A stretch of 56,006 nucleotides of DNA from Planctomycetota bacterium (GTDB lineage Bacteria > Planctomycetota > MHYJ01 > WSZJ01): contig JAIOPR010000010.1 in the NCBI GenBank assembly GCA_021413805.1, positions 1-56,006 of the forward strand, read 5' to 3'. The translations under genes and the position numbers were made by a program. The notes under the pieces were generated by a model that had not been told where the DNA came from, did no database searches, and saw only the letters and a list, made by a program, of their open reading frames with translations. This document shows positions 50,692 to 56,006 of the stretch, in pieces; the first letter of the stretch is position 1, and each line of letters opens with the position of its first letter.

Positions 50692-52341
50692 TCAGGCGCG
50701 GGACATCGGGATCCGGATCCCGTGCTTCTTCGCCGCCTTCTTCGCCTCCTCATACCCCGCATCCGCATGCCGGGCGATGCCGATCCCGGGGTCGTTGGTG
50801 AGGACGAGGGAAGCGCGTTTCGACGACTTGGCGCTGCCGTCGACGCAGACGACCTGTCCCGCGTGGATCGAATAGCCGATGCCGACGCCGCCGCCGTGGT
50901 GGACGGAGACCCAGGTCGCGCCGCTCGCGGTGTTCAGCAGGGCGTTCAGGACGGGCCAGTCGGCGATGGCGTCGCTTCCATCTTTCATGGCCTCGGTTTC
51001 GCGGTTCGGTGAAGCGACGCTTCCCGTGTCCAGGTGGTCGCGGCCGATGACGAAGGGGGCCTTGACCTTCTTCTTCGCGACGAGGCGGTTCAGCAGTTCG
51101 CCGAACCTGGCGCGTTCGCCCTGGCCGAGCCAGCAGATGCGGGCGGGGAGGCCCTGGAATTTGACGCGTTCGCGGGCCATGCGGATCCAGTTCACCAGGG
51201 ATTCGTTGTCGCCGAATTCCTTGAGGACGAGGTCGTCGGTGATCGCGATGTCGTGCGGGTCGCCGGAGAGCGCGGCCCAGCGGAACGGCCCGCGCCCTTC
51301 GCAGAACAGGGGCCGCACATACGCCGGCACGAACCCCGGGTAGTCGAACGCGTTTTCGACGCCGGCGAGTTTCGCCTGGCCGCGGAGGTTGTTGCCGTAG
51401 TCGAAGACGACGGCGCCGGCTTTCTGCATGGCGAGCATGGCGCGGCAGTGGACGGCCATGGACTCCATCGAGCGGCGGACGTATTCCTGCGGGGCCTTGG
51501 TGCGGAGGTTCGCAGCCAGCTCGAGCGTCATGCCGTTGGGGACGTAGCCGTTGAGCGCATCGTGGGCGCTGGTCTGGTCGGTCACGACGTCGGGGATGAC
51601 GCCGCGCTTCACGAGCTCGGGGAAGACGTCCGCGCAGTTGCCGACGAGGCCGACGGAGAGCGCTTCCTTCTTTTGACGCGCTGCGTCAATCCAGCGGAGC
51701 GCTTCGTCGAGCGACGATGTCATCTTGTCGCAGTACGCCTTGTCGATCCGCCGCTGGATCCGCGCCGGGTCCACCTCGACGCACAGGATCGCCGCGCCCG
51801 CCATCGTTCCCGCGAGCGGCTGCGCGCCGCCCATTCCCCCGAGGCCGCCGGTCAGGACGAATTTCCCGGCGAGCGAGCTGCCGAAGTGCTTCTTCCCGCA
51901 CGCCGCGAACGTCTCGTACGTGCCCTGCAGGATTCCCTGCGTGCCGATGTAAATCCACGACCCCGCCGTCATCTGCCCGAACATCGTCAGCCCCAGCGCT
52001 TCCAGCCGCCGGAATTCGTCCCATGTCGCCCAGTGCGGGACCAGGAGCGAATTCGCGATCAGGACGCGCGGCGCCATGTCGTGCGTCCGGAAGACGCCGA
52101 CGGGTTTTCCGCTCTGCACGAGCAGCGTCTCGTCGTCTTTCAGCGTCTTCAGCGTCGCCAGGATCGACTTCAGGCACGCCTCGTTCCGCGCTGCCTTCCC
52201 GCTTCCCCCGTACACCACGAGCCGCTGCGGGTCCTCCGCGACCTCGGGATCCAGGTTGTTCTGCAGCATCCGGTACGGCGCTTCCGTCTGCCACGACCGG
52301 CAGCTCAGTTTCGTGCCCCGCGGCGCTCGGATCGTTTTCAT
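50692..52341 (-). CDS. hutU: urocanate hydratase
   Basis: Near-full-length match to conserved HutU blocks: [45 protein letters not shown] and [18 protein letters not shown]. The start is ATG 52341, not the 1001-aa track ORF. Confidence 0.95.
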   Translation of the reverse strand: MKTIRAPRGTKLSCRSWQTEAPYRMLQNNLDPEVAEDPQRLVVYGGSGKAARNEACLKSILATLKTLKDDETLLVQSGKPVGVFRTHDMAPRVLIANSLLVPHWATWDEFRRLEALGLTMFGQMTAGSWIYIGTQGILQGTYETFAACGKKHFGSSLAGKFVLTGGLGGMGGAQPLAGTMAGAAILCVEVDPARIQRRIDKAYCDKMTSSLDEALRWIDAARQKKEALSVGLVGNCADVFPELVKRGVIPDVVTDQTSAHDALNGYVPNGMTLELAANLRTKAPQEYVRRSMESMAVHCRAMLAMQKAGAVVFDYGNNLRGQAKLAGVENAFDYPGFVPAYVRPLFCEGRGPFRWAALSGDPHDIAITDDLVLKEFGDNESLVNWIRMARERVKFQGLPARICWLGQGERARFGELLNRLVAKKKVKAPFVIGRDHLDTGSVASPNRETEAMKDGSDAIADWPVLNALLNTASGATWVSVHHGGGVGIGYSIHAGQVVCVDGSAKSSKRASLVLTNDPGIGIARHADAGYEEAKKAAKKHGIRIPMSRA

Positions 52342-52434
52342 GCGCTGATTCTGCGGCGCGCCTTCCCGCGGGGAAAGAATTTCGAGGGGAGCGATAATTC
52401 TGAATCGAAGAGCGCCAATCGCTACTCTGGGTCG

Positions 52435-53598
52435 ATGACTGAACCGGTCGCCATCCTGAGAGCCCAGTATGCCGTCGCCCGCGCGCTTGCCGAGTCGGGG
52501 TCGCTCGGGGAAGCGACGCCGTCGATCCTGCGCGAAGTCTGCGCCGCGCTCGCGTGGGACGTCGGCGTTCTCTGGCGCGTCGATGCCGCTTCGCATGAGT
52601 TGCGGTTCGTGGATTTCTGGAGCCGGCCCGGGGTGAAGACGGCGGAATTCGAAGCGGAGTGCCGGGCGCGGATGTTCGGGATCGGGGAGGGGCTGCCGGG
52701 GCGGGTGTTGAGGGACGCGCGGCCGGCGTGGATTACCGATGTGCAGGCGGACCCGAATTTTCCGCGGGCGCCGATCGCGATGGAGCCGGGGTTGCGGGCG
52801 GCGTTCGCGTTTCCCGTGCGGCTCGGCAACCATGTTTTCGGCGTCATGGAGTTCTTCAGCCGGGAATCGCGCGAGCCTGACGAGGAGCTGCTGAGCGTCA
52901 TGGAGGGGATCGGGAGCCAGGTCGGGCAGTACGACGTGCGGCGCCGTGCGGAGGCCGAGCTGGCCGACGCCCACGCGCGGCTGGCGCAGCAGCACGCGGC
53001 GCTCGAGGACGCGAACCGCCGTCTCTCCGAGCTCGCCATCACCGACGTCCTCACGGGCATCCCGAACCAGCGCGCGTTCCGGCTGCGGCTGGAAGCGCTT
53101 CTCGCAGAAGGCGTCCGGGGTCGCAAATTCGCCCTCGCGATCGCGGACATCGACCAGTTCAAGCTGCTCAACGACGCGCACGGCCACCCCGCGGGCGACG
53201 ATGTCCTGCGCGCCGTGGCGACGACGCTTCGGGACGGCCTTCGCCGCACCGATTTCGTCGCGCGCTACGGCGGCGAGGAATTCGCGATCCTGCTGGTGGA
53301 TGTCGATCTCGAGAAGGCCGTCGAGGTCGTCGAAGTGCTCCGGCGCCGCGTCTCCGGCATCGCGAACCCCTGGCGCCGCGTCACCGCGAGCTTCGGCGTC
53401 GCCGACTTCGGCCTCGGCCGCAACAAGGGCGACTCGCTCTTCGAGGCCGCCGACAAAGCCCTCTACCGCGCCAAGCGCCGCGGGCGGAACCGCGTGGAGG
53501 CCGCGCCGCTGAAGCGCAAAATTGCGTCGCCGAAGGCAGCGATTGCGAAGAAGAAAAAAGGAAGCCGGAGGCCGAAGCCCTCGAAAAAGCGCCGCTGA
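52435..53598 (+). CDS. GAF domain-containing diguanylate cyclase (GGDEF) with basic C-terminal tail
   Basis: The GAF region is [18 protein letters not shown]...FAFPV. The I-site is RRTD. The active site is RYGGEEF. The tail is [16 protein letters not shown]. Confidence 0.9.
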   Translation: MTEPVAILRAQYAVARALAESGSLGEATPSILREVCAALAWDVGVLWRVDAASHELRFVDFWSRPGVKTAEFEAECRARMFGIGEGLPGRVLRDARPAWITDVQADPNFPRAPIAMEPGLRAAFAFPVRLGNHVFGVMEFFSRESREPDEELLSVMEGIGSQVGQYDVRRRAEAELADAHARLAQQHAALEDANRRLSELAITDVLTGIPNQRAFRLRLEALLAEGVRGRKFALAIADIDQFKLLNDAHGHPAGDDVLRAVATTLRDGLRRTDFVARYGGEEFAILLVDVDLEKAVEVVEVLRRRVSGIANPWRRVTASFGVADFGLGRNKGDSLFEAADKALYRAKRRGRNRVEAAPLKRKIASPKAAIAKKKKGSRRPKPSKKRR

Positions 53599-53674
53599 AG
53601 CTGCCGCGCCCGGTTCGCCTCTTCCGTAGATTCCCCTCGCCGCCCGCGCCAAACCTGCTACTCTCCGCGCACTC

Positions 53675-55060
53675 ATGACGAGCTTCAAAGATCTCAATCT
53701 GATCCCGGAGCTTCTCCAGGCGGTCGCGGAAGAAGGTTACACGTCGCCGACGCCGATCCAGGAGAAGGCGATCCCGCTGCTGTTGGACGGGAAAGACGTG
53801 CTCGGCTGCGCCCAGACGGGCACGGGCAAGACTGCGGCGTTCACGCTGCCGATTCTTCAGCGCCTGGCCGCGGAGCCGGCGATTGTGGGGAAGCGGGAGC
53901 CGCGGTGCCTGATCCTGGCGCCGACGCGCGAGCTGGCGCAGCAGATCGGCGACAGCGTCACGGCGTACGGGCGGCGGACGGCGATCACGGGGACGACGAT
54001 TTATGGCGGCGTATCGCAGGGGGCGCAGGCCCGGGCGGTGCGCGCCGGGGTGGACGTGCTCGTCGCGACGCCGGGCCGGCTGCTCGACCTCATGGGACAG
54101 GCGATCGTCCCGCTGAATTCGGTCCGCTACCTCGTGCTCGACGAAGCCGACCGCATGCTCGACATGGGCTTCCTCCCCGACGTCCTCCGCATCGTCCGCA
54201 AAGTCCCGCTTCGCAGGCAGACGATGCTGTTCAGCGCCACGCTTTCCCGCGAAATCGTCGAGCTCGCCAAGGAACTTCTCCACGAACCCGTCCGCGTCGA
54301 TGTCGCGCCGTCCTCGACGACCGTCGAGCGCGTCCGGCAGGTCGTCTACCATGTCTCCCGGAACGCCAAAGGCCCGCTCCTTGACCGCCTTGTCGCCATG
54401 CCCGACGTCGAACGCGCCCTCGTCTTCACGCGCACCAAGCGCGGCGCCAACCAGGTCGTCGAGCGCCTGAACCTCGGCCCCATCCGCGCCGATGTCATGC
54501 ATGCCGACCGCGGGCAGAGCGCGCGTGAGAAGAGCCTCGAGAGCTTCAAGGTCGGCACCACCCGCGTCCTCGTCGCAACGGACATCGCTTCGCGCGGCCT
54601 CGACGTGGACAACATCACGCACGTCATCAACTTCGACGTCCCCGACGAGCCCGACGCCTACGTCCACAGGATCGGCCGCACGGCCCGCGCCGGCGCGCAC
54701 GGCCTGGCGATCACGCTGTGCGACCGCGAGGAAGAAGGCAAGCTGGCGGCGATCGAGAAGGCCATCCGGTTGAAGATCCCGGAGGGTGAGATGCCCGGGA
54801 AAGCGGCGAGCGGGCGGGCGGGGGGGCATGCGGGCGCGAAGGCTGGCGCGCATACTCCTGCGGCGCCGCACGGCCACGCGCCGGCCCATGCTCACGCCCC
54901 GGTTCACGCGCACGCCCCGGCTTACCCTGCGCCTCCCGCTCCCGACGCGGCCCCCGCGCGCGACGAACGCCACGGCCCCGGCCCCGCACCGCTCACTGCT
55001 TCGGGCGAAGAGCCGAAGAAAGTCGGCCGGCTGCGCCAGCGCCACCCGCGGCGGCGGTAA
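53675..55060 (+). CDS. DEAD-box ATP-dependent RNA helicase (RhlE-like) with His/Ala/Pro-rich tail
   Basis: The Q-motif is GYTSPTPIQ. Further motifs are [36 protein letters not shown] and [10 protein letters not shown]. Confidence 0.93.
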   Translation: MTSFKDLNLIPELLQAVAEEGYTSPTPIQEKAIPLLLDGKDVLGCAQTGTGKTAAFTLPILQRLAAEPAIVGKREPRCLILAPTRELAQQIGDSVTAYGRRTAITGTTIYGGVSQGAQARAVRAGVDVLVATPGRLLDLMGQAIVPLNSVRYLVLDEADRMLDMGFLPDVLRIVRKVPLRRQTMLFSATLSREIVELAKELLHEPVRVDVAPSSTTVERVRQVVYHVSRNAKGPLLDRLVAMPDVERALVFTRTKRGANQVVERLNLGPIRADVMHADRGQSAREKSLESFKVGTTRVLVATDIASRGLDVDNITHVINFDVPDEPDAYVHRIGRTARAGAHGLAITLCDREEEGKLAAIEKAIRLKIPEGEMPGKAASGRAGGHAGAKAGAHTPAAPHGHAPAHAHAPVHAHAPAYPAPPAPDAAPARDERHGPGPAPLTASGEEPKKVGRLRQRHPRRR

Positions 55061-55064
55061 ATCG

Positions 55065-55089
55065 CCCGGGGGAAAAGCTTTCCCCCGGG
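55065..55089. terminator. hairpin between convergent genes (terminator candidate without a clear U-tract)
   Basis: CCCGGGGGAAA-AGC-TTTCCCCCGGG, an 11-bp stem. Confidence 0.45.
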
Positions 55090-55099
55090 GATCACGGTT

Positions 55100-55669
55100 C
55101 TACTTCTTGCGCGTGTACGTCAGCTCCATGGACTTCACGTCCTTGCCGTCCATGATCTCGTACATTTCGTACACGAACTCGTCATCGGACTTGTGCGTCG
55201 CGACGGTCTTGTACTTGCTGACCCCGCCCTTGCCGTCCGGCATCTCGCCCGGGTACTCGACCGTCTTCCCGCCGTCGGCGCTCGTCCCCATGAGCAGCAT
55301 GGGCATCGATCCGGCGCTGTCGCTCCAGTAGTTGGTGTACTTCCCCGAGGCCTGGTTGTACCCGAGCATCCCGGCGCCCTTGTACGGCGCGCCCATGAAC
55401 GTCCCCGTGAATTCCTGCTGCACGTACCAGCCGTCGAGGATCGCCTTGAACTCGGCGGAGCCCTGTGTCGCCTTCCCGTCGTCAGGCAGCCCCATCCAGA
55501 ACTTCGCGGACACGTCCCACTTCCCGGCCAGCTTCGCAAGCCTCGCGTGCTCCGCGCCCGGCTTGGGCATTTCCGGCGCGGCCTTGCCGTCGTCCGACCA
55601 GAGCGGGCGGGCGATAAGGGCGCAGAGCAACGCCGAAGTGGCAATCCCGAATGCAATTCGCGATTTCAT
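55100..55669 (-). CDS. DUF1579 family secreted protein
   Basis: Signal peptide MKSRIAFGIATSALLCALIA. LAGKWDVSAKFW...AILDGWYVQQEFTG...MLGYN...YTNYWSDS matches the DUF1579 pattern. GGGAGA SD. Confidence 0.8.
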   Translation of the reverse strand: MKSRIAFGIATSALLCALIARPLWSDDGKAAPEMPKPGAEHARLAKLAGKWDVSAKFWMGLPDDGKATQGSAEFKAILDGWYVQQEFTGTFMGAPYKGAGMLGYNQASGKYTNYWSDSAGSMPMLLMGTSADGGKTVEYPGEMPDGKGGVSKYKTVATHKSDDEFVYEMYEIMDGKDVKSMELTYTRKK

Positions 55670-55768
55670 GGACAGTCTCCCTCTGAAGTGGTGTCTGGTT
55701 CCGCGATCAGCGCGGGGAGTCGAAGGCTACGGAAGGAAGGGCGGGGCGCGCAATACCGAAAGCGCCGC

Positions 55769-55966
55769 CTATCGAAACTCCATCGCCGTGTAGCTCACGA
55801 CCTCATGGTTTTCCATGTCGGCGAAGCGGTCGTACTTGACGAGCTTGCCTTCCTTCGCGTCGGTCGCGGCGAGGAGCGTCGTGATCGCGGAGAGGCCGCA
55901 GATCTTGCGCCAGTCTTTCACGGCGCTGATCGACCGGAACCAGCCCTTCGCATCGACCGCGGCCAC
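55769..55966 (-). CDS. short ORF of uncertain status (65 aa)
   Basis: GTG start. An in-frame stop lies at 55994-55996, so it cannot extend past the window edge. No SD and no recognised motif. Confidence 0.2.
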   Translation of the reverse strand: MAAVDAKGWFRSISAVKDWRKICGLSAITTLLAATDAKEGKLVKYDRFADMENHEVVSYTAMEFR

Positions 55967-56006
55967 GTGCTCGAGGGATTCGAGGTCTTCCTTCTAGATC
56001 TTCTTG

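Noticed and set aside
52342-53697. N-terminal part of the 1001-aa track ORF 50692-53697
   Set aside because: HutU homology starts at [10 protein letters not shown] (ATG 52341). The upstream extension is antisense to the GAF-GGDEF gene.
1-56006. Searched for mobile elements, prophage, CRISPR arrays, retrons/DGRs and rRNA/tRNA genes
   Set aside because: There are no transposase, integrase, reverse-transcriptase or Cas-like translations, no regularly spaced direct repeats, and no tRNA-like cloverleaf noticed. The lower-GC pockets (20.5-21.4 kb, 44.8-45.4 kb, 49.8-50.7 kb) contain only small genes without flanking repeats that I could detect by eye.

Overview
GC-rich bacterial chromosomal segment. 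GC3 bias is strong and long Arg/Ala/Pro-rich shadow ORFs occur in all six frames. I call about 55 protein genes from motifs read by eye in the supplied translations. I see no rRNA, tRNA, CRISPR array, transposase, integrase or phage genes.

Ordinary content:
- A TetR-controlled DevA/DevC-type ABC + HlyD + NodT-type outer-membrane efflux operon (8710-13742, minus strand).
- A hom-thrB-thrC operon (22334-25886).
- queC, hutU, an FKBP isomerase, an Old Yellow Enzyme, a DEAD-box helicase, a GAF-GGDEF cyclase, an S41 peptidase, an HtrA protease, an SGNH hydrolase, a BI-1/YccA protein, and DUF72 and DUF1579 proteins.
- Two ECF sigma loci, a third sigma-like gene, and several secreted proteins of unknown function.

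Most interesting observations:
1. A 52-aa Pup/UBact-like ORF ending in PGGGE-stop sits 57 nt upstream of a single PafA/Dop-family ligase. That ligase carries a roughly 110-aa two-helix hydrophobic insertion. No proteasome, Mpa/ARC or second ligase gene is in the window. This may be a membrane-tethered, proteasome-independent pupylation-like system.
2. An AhpD/carboxymuconolactone-decarboxylase gene is split by an in-frame TGA at the second Cys of its GCxxC redox motif. A SECIS-like hairpin follows, so this is probably a CxxU selenoprotein.
3. A clear SAM-I riboswitch with terminator lies in the hom-thrB-thrC leader.
4. Two ClpP derivatives lack the catalytic triad. One has a 200-aa Pro-rich extension and is translationally coupled to an isopropylmalate-synthase-like gene. 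The other is a 120-aa remnant with a strong SD.
5. An ECF sigma factor is fused in one polypeptide to a TM helix and four carboxypeptidase-regulatory-like domains.
6. Two intergenic regions carry unusually large structures: twin ~105-nt hairpins, and an AT-rich inverted repeat built from degenerate heptamers.
7. A sigma-54-type promoter with an upstream inverted repeat precedes a secreted-protein/matrixin operon.

All family assignments are motif recognition from memory, not database searches.
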